Source: Minisyncoccota bacterium
Lineage (GTDB): Bacteria > Patescibacteriota > Minisyncoccia > Phycocordibacterales > UBA1006
Length of the DNA stretch: 64,000 nt
Assembly (NCBI GenBank): GCA_021209525.1
Contig: JAJOIF010000004.1
Span: 35,730 to 99,729, forward strand
Direction of reading: 5' to 3'
This document shows positions 49,507-58,630 of this stretch, piece by piece (position 1 is the first letter of the stretch; the number at the start of each line of letters is the position of its first letter). The notes below the pieces were generated by a model. The model worked only from the letters and a program-made list of their open reading frames with translations, made no database searches and was not told where the DNA came from. The translations under genes and the position numbers were made by a program.

Positions 49507-51942
49507 ATGAAACTCGTTATTGTAGAATCACCATCAAAAGCAAAGACCATTGAAAAGTATTTAGGTAGCCCGTACAAGGTGGTTTCAAGTATTGGTCATA
49601 TTCGCGACTTGCCCAAAACGAACAAAGACGCCATTGATATTGAAGGTGGTTTCGTACCCAAATACGAAGTGAGCAGCACCAAGAAAAAAGTCGTACGCGA
49701 TATTTTGCAATTAGCACATCGCGCCGATACAGTGCTTCTCGCTACTGACCCCGACCGCGAAGGAGAAGCTATTGCGTGGCACCTCCAAGAGCTCATCCAT
49801 AATGATGAGGTGAAGGCTCCGTGCGTACGAATTACATTTAATGAAATTACCCGAGATGCTGTCATGCATGCCATAGAACACCCGCGCGACGTTGATCAGA
49901 ATCTTCGTAAAGCTCAAGAAGCACGACGTGTTCTTGATCGTCTCGTAGGATATGATTTGTCAGGACTCATTTGGAAAAAGGTGCGCTATGGACTTTCTGC
50001 AGGGCGGGTGCAATCACCTGCATTACGCATTCTCATGGAACGCGAGCGAGAAATACGCGCTTTCATTCCCGAAGACTACTTTGTAATCACCGGACAATTC
50101 ACCAAAGACAAAACCGCCTTTCCCCTACTCTGCGAAGAGACTCCCGCAACACAAGCCGAAGCAGATCGTATTATTGCTGCCGGAAAAAAATATCCATGGC
50201 ATGTTCATGAAGTGAAAAAAACACCTGCGACACGCAAACCGTACGCACCGTTTACTACATCAACACTGCAACAAGCCGCATCAACATATCTAGGATTTGC
50301 GCCATCGCGCACGATGCAACTTGCCCAAAAATTGTATCAAGAAGGACATATTACCTATATGCGTACTGACAGCCCAGCGCTTTCAGCGCAGGCTCAAAAA
50401 AGTATCTTGGCGTACTTGCATAGTGCATACGATGCATCATATGTACAACCGCGCAATTATCGTGCGCGCTCAAAAAATGCTCAAGAAGCTCACGAAGCGA
50501 TTCGCCCTACATCATTTGCATCTGCAAGCCCCAAAGGCGCCACGCAAGCTGAGCGAGAATTATACACCCTCATCTGGAATCGTACGCTCTCATCACAAAT
50601 GGCAGATGCGCGTCTTGAGCGTACCAAAATTATTGCAACTATTACAGGCGATACCATTCCTCCTTTTTCTGCGACAGGGTCACGTCTCCTCTTTCCTGGT
50701 TGGCTTGCGCTGGATACGCGCGCACGCCGTGATGACGTAGAAGTACCTCCTCTCGAACAAGGAGACGCACTCGCTTGCACAGATATTTCTACAGAAGCAA
50801 AACAAACACAACCACCTCATCGCTATACCGAAGCAGGACTTATCAAAGAACTCGAAAAACGCGGTATTGGACGACCTTCAACCTATGCAAGCATTATGCA
50901 AACACTCCAAGAGCGTGGCTATGTTACCAAAGAAGGCAAAACACTCTTTCCTACCGATACAGGCGATGTCGTATCATCATTCCTTGAACAACATTTCATG
51001 GAATATATTAATGACACCTTTACAGCGAGTATGGAAGACAATCTTGATCATATTGCACATGGTGATGCTGAATATGTGCATGTTTTGCGCACATTTTATA
51101 TACCATTTCACGAGCATGTCATGTCAAAAAATGACATCGAGAAAATCACCAATCTTGGAGATGCTGATACGCGTCATCGATGCCCACTCTGTAGCGGTGA
51201 TATGGTTATCAAGCTCGGTAGTGCGGGTAAGTTTTTGTCATGCAAACGCTTCCCTGAATGTACTGGCGCGCTCACCCTCGAAGGATACGAAGTATCTGGC
51301 CACACTGCTCTTGGATATGACCCAGAGACCAACCTCCCTATTTTTGTTAAAGATGGACGCTTTGGTCCATATGTACAATTAGGAGAGTCTCCTGAAATAC
51401 CTCCCCTTACTCAATTCCCGAAAGGTCATAAAAAAACTGCCGAAGAAAAAGAGCTCGTCAAAAAAGAAAAAGAAGCGCGCGCAGCAGCACAAGAACTCCC
51501 TCAACCTAAACGCGCCAGTATTCCTAAAAATATTACTCCTGAAAATATTACCCTTGAACAAGCACTCCACCTCTTAGCGCTACCGCGCACCTTGGGTACG
51601 CATCCCGAAAGTGGCGATGATGTCATTGCAAATATCGGTCGCTTTGGTCCATATGTAGGCCATGGACGCACTTTTGCATCATTAAAAAAATCAAGCGGTC
51701 TTGACCCATATACCATTACCCTTGATGAAGCACTTAAGGTATTAAGCGCACCTAAAGCACTCCCCAAAGGAACAGAATTGGTACGCACTTTTGCGCATCC
51801 AAAAACAGGAAAAGAGTTGCGTATCTTGAAATCTAAATCAGGAACCTTTCTCATGCGCGGCATGAAGCGGCTCTACTTACCTGATACTTTTGATGCAGAG
51901 CATGCAACCCCCGAAGAGATTATGGCTGTGGTTGCAGTGTAG
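49507..51942 (+). CDS. topA: DNA topoisomerase I
   Basis: IVESPSKAK, ATDPDREGE, SAGRVQ, ITYMRTD, GRFGPY C-terminal repeats. Confidence 0.98.
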   Translation: MKLVIVESPSKAKTIEKYLGSPYKVVSSIGHIRDLPKTNKDAIDIEGGFVPKYEVSSTKKKVVRDILQLAHRADTVLLATDPDREGEAIAWHLQELIHNDEVKAPCVRITFNEITRDAVMHAIEHPRDVDQNLRKAQEARRVLDRLVGYDLSGLIWKKVRYGLSAGRVQSPALRILMEREREIRAFIPEDYFVITGQFTKDKTAFPLLCEETPATQAEADRIIAAGKKYPWHVHEVKKTPATRKPYAPFTTSTLQQAASTYLGFAPSRTMQLAQKLYQEGHITYMRTDSPALSAQAQKSILAYLHSAYDASYVQPRNYRARSKNAQEAHEAIRPTSFASASPKGATQAERELYTLIWNRTLSSQMADARLERTKIIATITGDTIPPFSATGSRLLFPGWLALDTRARRDDVEVPPLEQGDALACTDISTEAKQTQPPHRYTEAGLIKELEKRGIGRPSTYASIMQTLQERGYVTKEGKTLFPTDTGDVVSSFLEQHFMEYINDTFTASMEDNLDHIAHGDAEYVHVLRTFYIPFHEHVMSKNDIEKITNLGDADTRHRCPLCSGDMVIKLGSAGKFLSCKRFPECTGALTLEGYEVSGHTALGYDPETNLPIFVKDGRFGPYVQLGESPEIPPLTQFPKGHKKTAEEKELVKKEKEARAAAQELPQPKRASIPKNITPENITLEQALHLLALPRTLGTHPESGDDVIANIGRFGPYVGHGRTFASLKKSSGLDPYTITLDEALKVLSAPKALPKGTELVRTFAHPKTGKELRILKSKSGTFLMRGMKRLYLPDTFDAEHATPEEIMAVVAV

Positions 51943-52010
51943 AATACCTTCTGATGACATAATAAAACCCGCACATATCAGCGCGGGTTTTCATTTTTTA
52001 TTTTTTAAAA

Positions 52011-52544
52011 TTAAATTGAAATAATAGCTTCAACATGATGAGGAGACACTATGCCGTCATCTATACTATAATTATATGATATATCAAGCCTATCTAGATC
52101 ATGCTGAGCGGACTGTATGGTCTGCAAATCTTCGGTACGCACTCTATTTTGAACGCGAGACAAAGCAGTCTCATGGTCTACATTTATATGTACGGTAACC
52201 AATTGTATTGAATATCTTTTGGCAAGATTCTCAAGAAATTGATACATACCCTTATCCTGATGCACAGCATCAAGTATGAGCACATCAGTGCGATTATTGA
52301 GAAAAATTCCCTCAACCATGCTCATTTTTAATAATTTAATAGAATCTCTAATAAATACTGCTTGAGTGCATGCATACGTACTATTTACCGTACTGTCCTC
52401 AGTTCCTGTAATCATTTTTCTGATGACATCATTTTCAATAATCAGAATGTTTTTACCTTGACGCCTCAAAAATGTATACAATTCTTTTGCTAGCGTGCTC
52501 TTGCCAGCACCAGGTACGCCACTGATCACTATAATTTTTTTCAT
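52011..52544 (-). CDS. P-loop kinase (AAA_33-like)
   Basis: ISGVPGAGKST, ILDA, R...R lid. Confidence 0.8.
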   Translation of the reverse strand: MKKIIVISGVPGAGKSTLAKELYTFLRRQGKNILIIENDVIRKMITGTEDSTVNSTYACTQAVFIRDSIKLLKMSMVEGIFLNNRTDVLILDAVHQDKGMYQFLENLAKRYSIQLVTVHINVDHETALSRVQNRVRTEDLQTIQSAQHDLDRLDISYNYSIDDGIVSPHHVEAIISI

Positions 52545-52693
52545 GTGTTTTAATTTTTTAGTTTTAAATGTTAAAAGTATCCGCATTTTTATAGCATAAT
52601 TAATTACACAAGTCAAGTTTTCGTACTATTTCAGTGCCCTTTACCAAAACAATCTCCTACCCTTCTTTAATTCCATGATATACTACACTCCGT

Positions 52694-54376
52694 ATGAATA
52701 CATTTTTTGAATTTGCGCTACTCATGGCGCTCGCAACCACCATTGCTATCATTATGCGCCTGCTCAAGCAGCCGCTCATTATCGGACATATTATTACTGG
52801 ACTCATTGCAGGATCATTCTTTTTTGCTATTTTGCCTTCAATGGAAGTGCTCCATCTCTTTAGTGAAATTGGTATTGCTATCTTGCTCTTTCTCGTAGGT
52901 CTACACTTGCACCCAGACAATATTCGTCAATTTGGAAAAGTGTCAGTCATTACCGGTGTCGGACAAGTACTCTTTACTTCTCTTGTTGGTTTCGGCGTTG
53001 CATTACTCCTCAATTTTCCAGTACTCACCGCCATATATGTAAGCGTCGCCTATGCATTTAGTAGCACCATTATTATTCTCAAACTCATCCAAGACAAAGG
53101 TGACGTGGATGCACTCTATGGACGCATCAGTATTGGGTTTCTTTTAGTCCAAGACTTTATTGCCATTTTGATTCTGTTCTTGCTCCCTCTCGTAGCATCA
53201 GGTAATTTCTCTCTTGTAAATATTGCTATTCTTTTTGCGCGGGCAACGATATTGCTCATTATTGCATACATTGTGGCGCAGTACATCATTCCGCGCATTG
53301 GGCGATTCTTTGAACGGTCTCATGAGCTTTTGTTTATTTTCACCATAACATGGGGACTCTTGGTTGCAGGTATTTTCGGCATTACTGGTTTTGGTATTGA
53401 GAGTGGTGCCCTTATTGCAGGGATTACCCTTGCAGGGATGCCGTCTCGTCATGAAATTAATGCGCGCCTTACACCACTTCGTGACTTTTTTATTATTATG
53501 TTCTTTGTGATTTTGGGTGCGCAAATGAATCTTGGAAATATTCTAGAGCTCTTGCCATTGGCGCTCATTTTCTCAGCGCTCATCCTCATAGGAAATCCAC
53601 TTATCCTTATGAGTATTATGGGGCCCCTTGGCTACAAGAAAAAAACGAGTCTCCAAACAGGATTTACTGTTGCGCAAATTAGTGAATTCTCTCTCATTGT
53701 AATCGCGCTCGGCGTGCGTATTGGCCATGTCTCAGAGACAATTCTGTCACTCTCGACACTGGTTGCCCTGATTACGATTTTTGGATCAACATACCTCATT
53801 ACATATTCTGATCAGATCTATGTATTCTTGGAAAAGTATCTTGATATATTTGAGAGAAAAAATGTGCAAGCAGAGACACCCCTTAGCACCTCTCCTGAAA
53901 TTATTCTCTTTGGTGCAGGGCGTATTGGCCAAGAATTCGTGCATCATTTCAACGAGCGCAATCTATCCTATTTGGCAGTAGATCATAACCCAGATATTAT
54001 TGCAGAATTGAGCGCTGCAGGTGCCCATGCAATTCATGCTGATGCGGGAAGTATTGCATTTCTAGAGTCGCTCTTGGTAGAAAAAACACGGATGATTATT
54101 ATTACAACCCCCGAAATAGAAACATCGCTCACGATTAGCACTGCACTACGCGAGGCACAACCTACATGTCTCATTATAGGAGTTGCCGCACATCACAGAG
54201 ACGCTCAAACACTCTACACCGCAGGATATGATTATGTTATCACCCCTTATGCATTAGGAGCGCATCATGCTACAGAAATTTTTGGATCATATGGCTTTAA
54301 CAAAGAATCATATGCCTATATGCGCAGCGCGCATCAAAAACACCTCGAGAGATTTTACAGAGAACCTATCGTATAA
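52694..54376 (+). CDS. CPA2/Kef cation:proton antiporter with TrkA-N domain
   Basis: LKQP.I.G.I..G, SST, QD, QISEFS, FGAGRIG. Confidence 0.93.
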   Translation: MNTFFEFALLMALATTIAIIMRLLKQPLIIGHIITGLIAGSFFFAILPSMEVLHLFSEIGIAILLFLVGLHLHPDNIRQFGKVSVITGVGQVLFTSLVGFGVALLLNFPVLTAIYVSVAYAFSSTIIILKLIQDKGDVDALYGRISIGFLLVQDFIAILILFLLPLVASGNFSLVNIAILFARATILLIIAYIVAQYIIPRIGRFFERSHELLFIFTITWGLLVAGIFGITGFGIESGALIAGITLAGMPSRHEINARLTPLRDFFIIMFFVILGAQMNLGNILELLPLALIFSALILIGNPLILMSIMGPLGYKKKTSLQTGFTVAQISEFSLIVIALGVRIGHVSETILSLSTLVALITIFGSTYLITYSDQIYVFLEKYLDIFERKNVQAETPLSTSPEIILFGAGRIGQEFVHHFNERNLSYLAVDHNPDIIAELSAAGAHAIHADAGSIAFLESLLVEKTRMIIITTPEIETSLTISTALREAQPTCLIIGVAAHHRDAQTLYTAGYDYVITPYALGAHHATEIFGSYGFNKESYAYMRSAHQKHLERFYREPIV

Positions 54377-54927
54377 GCACCTTGCCGCACGAGTGTGTAT
54401 CCATCATCATGCAGGTGAATAATCGTTGATGGTTCAGTATTGTGTATCACACCTCCATCACTATACACATCAATGCCTCGAGGAAAATAATGTCGCGCCT
54501 CGTCGCATGTGGCTGCTGGTGTTTCGCCTTCCCTATTTGCGCTTGGTGCAATGAGCGGTCCTGATATACGCAAAAATTCACGGAGATGCTCGTCCTTGGG
54601 TATGCGAAATGCAAGAGATAATGTACCGCGATGAATATCTGCAAAGAGATCTTGATTAAGGTCTAAAATAACACTGAGCGGCGCCGGCCAATGTTTTCTG
54701 AGAAAATCTTTTTGAAATGAATTGAGGTCTATCGGAAATTGATCAAGGTCAGTAATATCAGCAATAAGAATAATACAGGGCTTTGTAGGCGTGCGCCCTT
54801 TGAGCTCATATACACGCGCAATAGCATCAGAATGAAACACTGACGCCACTATACCATAGAGCGTATCTGTGGGCAGAATTCCTATACCCCCTTGGCGGAG
54901 TATTTTTGCATCTAATGGAGAAAACAT
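54355..54927 (-). CDS. tsaC: L-threonylcarbamoyladenylate synthase (TsaC/YrdC)
   Basis: PTDTLYG, KGR...KP, APSAN, PSTI. Confidence 0.93.
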   Translation of the reverse strand: MFSPLDAKILRQGGIGILPTDTLYGIVASVFHSDAIARVYELKGRTPTKPCIILIADITDLDQFPIDLNSFQKDFLRKHWPAPLSVILDLNQDLFADIHRGTLSLAFRIPKDEHLREFLRISGPLIAPSANREGETPAATCDEARHYFPRGIDVYSDGGVIHNTEPSTIIHLHDDGYTLVRQGAYTIGSL

Positions 54928-54951
54928 ATAGAAATATGATACACTGCATCT

Positions 54952-55641
54952 ATGAAATACGCAAAAGAAATCACTTCATGGCATCCTCGTATCGCGGCAT
55001 TTTTTGTAAGTCATACAGGCAAGAAACTCCTTGAGGATATAGAGGCTGCCTATCGTACAGGCACAATATTTCCCCCGCCTCATGACATCTTTCATGCATA
55101 TAGACGTACTGCATTTGATGCAGTACGCGTCATTATAGTAGGCCAAGATCCTTATCATCAACCAGGTCAAGCACATGGTCTTGCATTTTCAGTACCAGAA
55201 AACACTCCATTACCGCCATCGCTCCGTAATATTTTGAAAGAAATATACACCAATGACCCTATGCCAAGATCAGGAGATTTGAGATACCTCGCCGATCAAG
55301 GAGTTCTTCTTCTAAACACCTATTTAACCGTACCTCAAGGATGTGCATTAGGTCATAAAAACATTGGCTGGCAAGCATGTACTGAGCTCGTCATACAAAC
55401 CCTCTCTCAAGAGAGAGAGCATCTCGTTTTTATGCTTTGGGGCGCTCATGCGCAGTCATATATACCACATATTCATAATACCAATCGCCATCTCATTCTC
55501 ACTGCACCGCATCCATCACCACTGTCTGCGCATCGTGGTTTTATAGGGTGTAATCACTTTGCATTGGCAAATGAGTATTTAGAAAAAAATGATACAGGAA
55601 AAATTATGTGGCAAAAAAAATCATTTGATAAACTTGAGTAA
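54952..55641 (+). CDS. ung: Uracil-DNA glycosylase
   Basis: GQDPYH, PPSLRNI, GVLLLN, HPSPLS. Confidence 0.97.
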   Translation: MKYAKEITSWHPRIAAFFVSHTGKKLLEDIEAAYRTGTIFPPPHDIFHAYRRTAFDAVRVIIVGQDPYHQPGQAHGLAFSVPENTPLPPSLRNILKEIYTNDPMPRSGDLRYLADQGVLLLNTYLTVPQGCALGHKNIGWQACTELVIQTLSQEREHLVFMLWGAHAQSYIPHIHNTNRHLILTAPHPSPLSAHRGFIGCNHFALANEYLEKNDTGKIMWQKKSFDKLE

Positions 55642-55763
55642 TGTTGCTCATTATATTAAATATGTATGCGGATAGAGTTACCTGTGCACACTGATCAAGA
55701 ATTTGACAAAAATAGCAAAATCTGTATAATAATATAAGATTTTTAACCTTAAAAACAAATACA

Positions 55764-56093
55764 ATGAGCACATTAGAAAAAAAAGTTGTTGACAGTCTAC
55801 TTCAGGTAAGCACACCAACACAAACCGTAGAAGAATTATTGCTGAAACAATTTGCCCAAGGCGAACATTTCACGCTTACAAATGGGAGCGGTGCCAAATG
55901 GAATATCCACCTCACCAACATGATGAGAGAAGACGGCAGTGGTAAAAAATTCATTTTCAAAGGAACATTATGTTCCACGGTATCACCCACGGGTAATATT
56001 ATTAATAAAGGAAATACTATTGCCTGTGAAGGTTTTGTTGATATGGCAACACAAAAAGGCACCCTCAAATTTCTTCCTAAAAAGAACGGATAA
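55764..56093 (+). CDS. Hypothetical protein
   Basis: 109-aa ORF with its own TTGACA..TATAAT promoter and a downstream hairpin. Confidence 0.7.
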   Translation: MSTLEKKVVDSLLQVSTPTQTVEELLLKQFAQGEHFTLTNGSGAKWNIHLTNMMREDGSGKKFIFKGTLCSTVSPTGNIINKGNTIACEGFVDMATQKGTLKFLPKKNG

Positions 56094-56282
56094 GAGTACT
56101 CGAATAAAAAAGCGCGGACAATTGTTCGCGCTTTGATTTTTAGAGGGTATTTAATTTTATTAATACCCATACAAGAAAGGTTCTAGAGTGTCTGACATCG
56201 CTTCTGACGTGACTAGTCTCATATTTGATTTTACCAAGATGTTTTCCCATTATCTTTACTCCTCCAAAACCTTTCCGTGTGC

Positions 56283-56603
56283 TTAATTATTAGTTTTTCG
56301 ATTATTCATATGTTCAATGAATACATCTATTTTTTCTAAGCCATCAACACGTGGGAAAAGTAGAGTGAAAACAACCCCCCCCACTCCAACAAAGAAGAAA
56401 TAAAGGAAAGCGGATTGTTCAATAGATAGCAAGAATCTCACCCAAACCCACATCCCAAAAATGTGAAACAAAGCGAGAAAATTTAAAACTATTATTGCAG
56501 CCGCAATGAATCGAAAATTTTTTGTCTGCACTATATACCAGAAAGCAGGTATAGTAAGAGCAGAAACAAGAAAAATTAAAAGTGTTACGAGTATTAGTGA
56601 CAT
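56283..56603 (-). CDS. Hypothetical membrane protein (3 TM)
   Basis: Hydrophobic 106-aa ORF. Confidence 0.65.
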   Translation of the reverse strand: MSLILVTLLIFLVSALTIPAFWYIVQTKNFRFIAAAIIVLNFLALFHIFGMWVWVRFLLSIEQSAFLYFFFVGVGGVVFTLLFPRVDGLEKIDVFIEHMNNRKTNN

Positions 56604-56702
56604 TTTAAAGAATTTTAAAGTTTAAAAAATTTAAACTAATAAAGTATGCAGCATATAGAAAAGTCAAGTTTTTACGCATACTTAAATTTAAGCTTTTATT
56701 TT

Positions 56703-57011
56703 TTAGAGAGTATACCTGCTAACATTGTTATTTTTAAGTTTGGATAGAATCGGATTAGGAACCCTCTCAAGACACAGTGAAATCTCAGCATCTGGAGTAA
56801 TGGACATTACATAATCAGTAATATCGATTGCGTCGCGAGGATCAAGTACTGCAAAACGTACGACATTGTCTTTATCCTCCGCATTTTCAACGAGTACATT
56901 GATATTCTTTTCAATACACAGCTTGCGTATTCTACCACGAAACATAACACCATGAAGAGGTTGTGTGGGCGAATATATTTCATAAATGGTGTAAAGATTG
57001 AGAGACTGCAT
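56703..57011 (-). CDS. Hypothetical protein
   Basis: 102-aa ORF (LHGVMFRGRIRKLC...). Confidence 0.6.
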   Translation of the reverse strand: MQSLNLYTIYEIYSPTQPLHGVMFRGRIRKLCIEKNINVLVENAEDKDNVVRFAVLDPRDAIDITDYVMSITPDAEISLCLERVPNPILSKLKNNNVSRYTL

Positions 57012-57058
57012 ACTATATATTTAAAAAGTTTTCTGTATTATACACTATTATACACTTT

Positions 57059-58178
57059 TTACGCCCCAATCTTGAACTCAATCACATCCCCATCTTGCAC
57101 AATATATTCCTTCCCTTCTGTGCGCATTTTGCCTAATTCACGTGCCTTGGCATGAGATCCAACTTCAAGGAGTACATCCCATCCAATCGTCTCAGCACGA
57201 ATAAACTTCTTTTCAAAATCAGTGTGAATCGCAGCGCCGGCCTGGGGTGCAGTACTGCCTTTTTTGATCGTCCATGCACGCGTTTCTACCTTACCTGTTG
57301 TAAAGTAGGTCATAAGCCCCAAGAGGTCATATCCTGCACGAATGAGCGCATCGATTCCTTCGCCTTCATAACCAAGGTCTTGGCGCATGAGTGATTTTTC
57401 TTCGGCATCAAATTCTGATAATTCATGCTCTGTAACAGCATCAATAACCACATAATGAGAACCATCAGCAGTCAGCGTAGATACAATATTCTTGAATGTT
57501 TCTGGATCAGTCTCGTCAAGATTATTCCCTCCTGATTTTTTATTGAATCCATAGAGGACCGGCTTCATAGTCAAGAGATGCAGTGATTTTGCTCGCTTTT
57601 TTTTCTTCGTCAGTTAATACAACAGTATTGGCGAGTTGTTCTGCTTCGAGTGCTGTGAGCAATTTTGCGCAGAGAGCGTCTTCGGCGAGTGCCTCTTTGT
57701 CGCCACGCTTGATATCGCGCGCGAGATTGGCGCGTCTCTTGTTTAAGGTTTCCATATCAGCCAAGATGAGCTCCATGGTAATGACTTGGGCATCACGAAG
57801 TGGATCAATATTTCCGTACACATGATGCTGTTCAGTTGAGGTGGTGTCGTGAATATCAAAAATACGAATGAGGTGCAAGATGGCATCTACTTCGCGAATA
57901 TGCGCAAGGAATTGATTGCCGAGACCTTCACCCTTGCTGGCGCCCTCAACGAGCCCCGCAATGTCAACGAATTCAACAACAGCAGGAATAGTTTTTTCTG
58001 ATTGTGAAAATTGCGCGAGTGCATGCAAACGATGGTCAGGTACAGCGACAATACCCACCGATGGATCAATGGTACAAAAAGGATAATTTTCTGCGGGTAC
58101 AGATTTTTGAGTCAGGGCATTAAAGAGTGTAGATTTACCAACATTCGGCAACCCTACAATACCAATAGAGAGTGACAT
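57059..58178 (-). CDS. ychF: Redox-regulated ATPase YchF, split by a frameshift in an A8 run
   Basis: GIVGLPNVGKST, NYPFCTI, DIAGLV in the first ORF; FTTG..ETRAW, IHTDF, EGKEY.V.DGD in the second. Confidence 0.95.
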
Positions 58179-58181
58179 AGA

Positions 58182-58433
58182 TTATTGCATGAGCGCTTTT
58201 TGGAATTCAGCCTGCATCTCTCGTTGTACTTGCATTGCAGCTGCTGTCTCATTCATACCTTGCGCTTGTTTTTCTTTCATTTTCTCTTCGGCCTTTTTAA
58301 AGAGGTCAAGGATTGCTGGATTGCTTTGGATTTTTTCCAAAATCATATCTATTTGAGCTTCAGGAATACCTTGTTTAGTTAATTGTCTTTTGAGCAATGC
58401 CATCATTGCTTTGTCGCGTAATTTCTTGAACAT
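58182..58433 (-). CDS. Small helical hypothetical protein
   Basis: MFKKLRDKAMM... start preceded by a -10-like box; lies upstream of ychF. Confidence 0.7.
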   Translation of the reverse strand: MFKKLRDKAMMALLKRQLTKQGIPEAQIDMILEKIQSNPAILDLFKKAEEKMKEKQAQGMNETAAAMQVQREMQAEFQKALMQ

Positions 58434-58630
58434 ATGGGGATATGGTAGCACGAGGGCAAGTAAATTACAAATCTCAAAATACGCACGTGCGGTGAATGAT
58501 CTATGGTCACAGCTGTACCTTGTGTCTTTTTCATATTTTGCTTGCTCGTCGTAGTACTTCATCCTTCGTCGCGTCGAATGCGACTATGGATGACACAGAG
58601 CGAAGGAAAGTATATTCTTCTATTTTCTTC

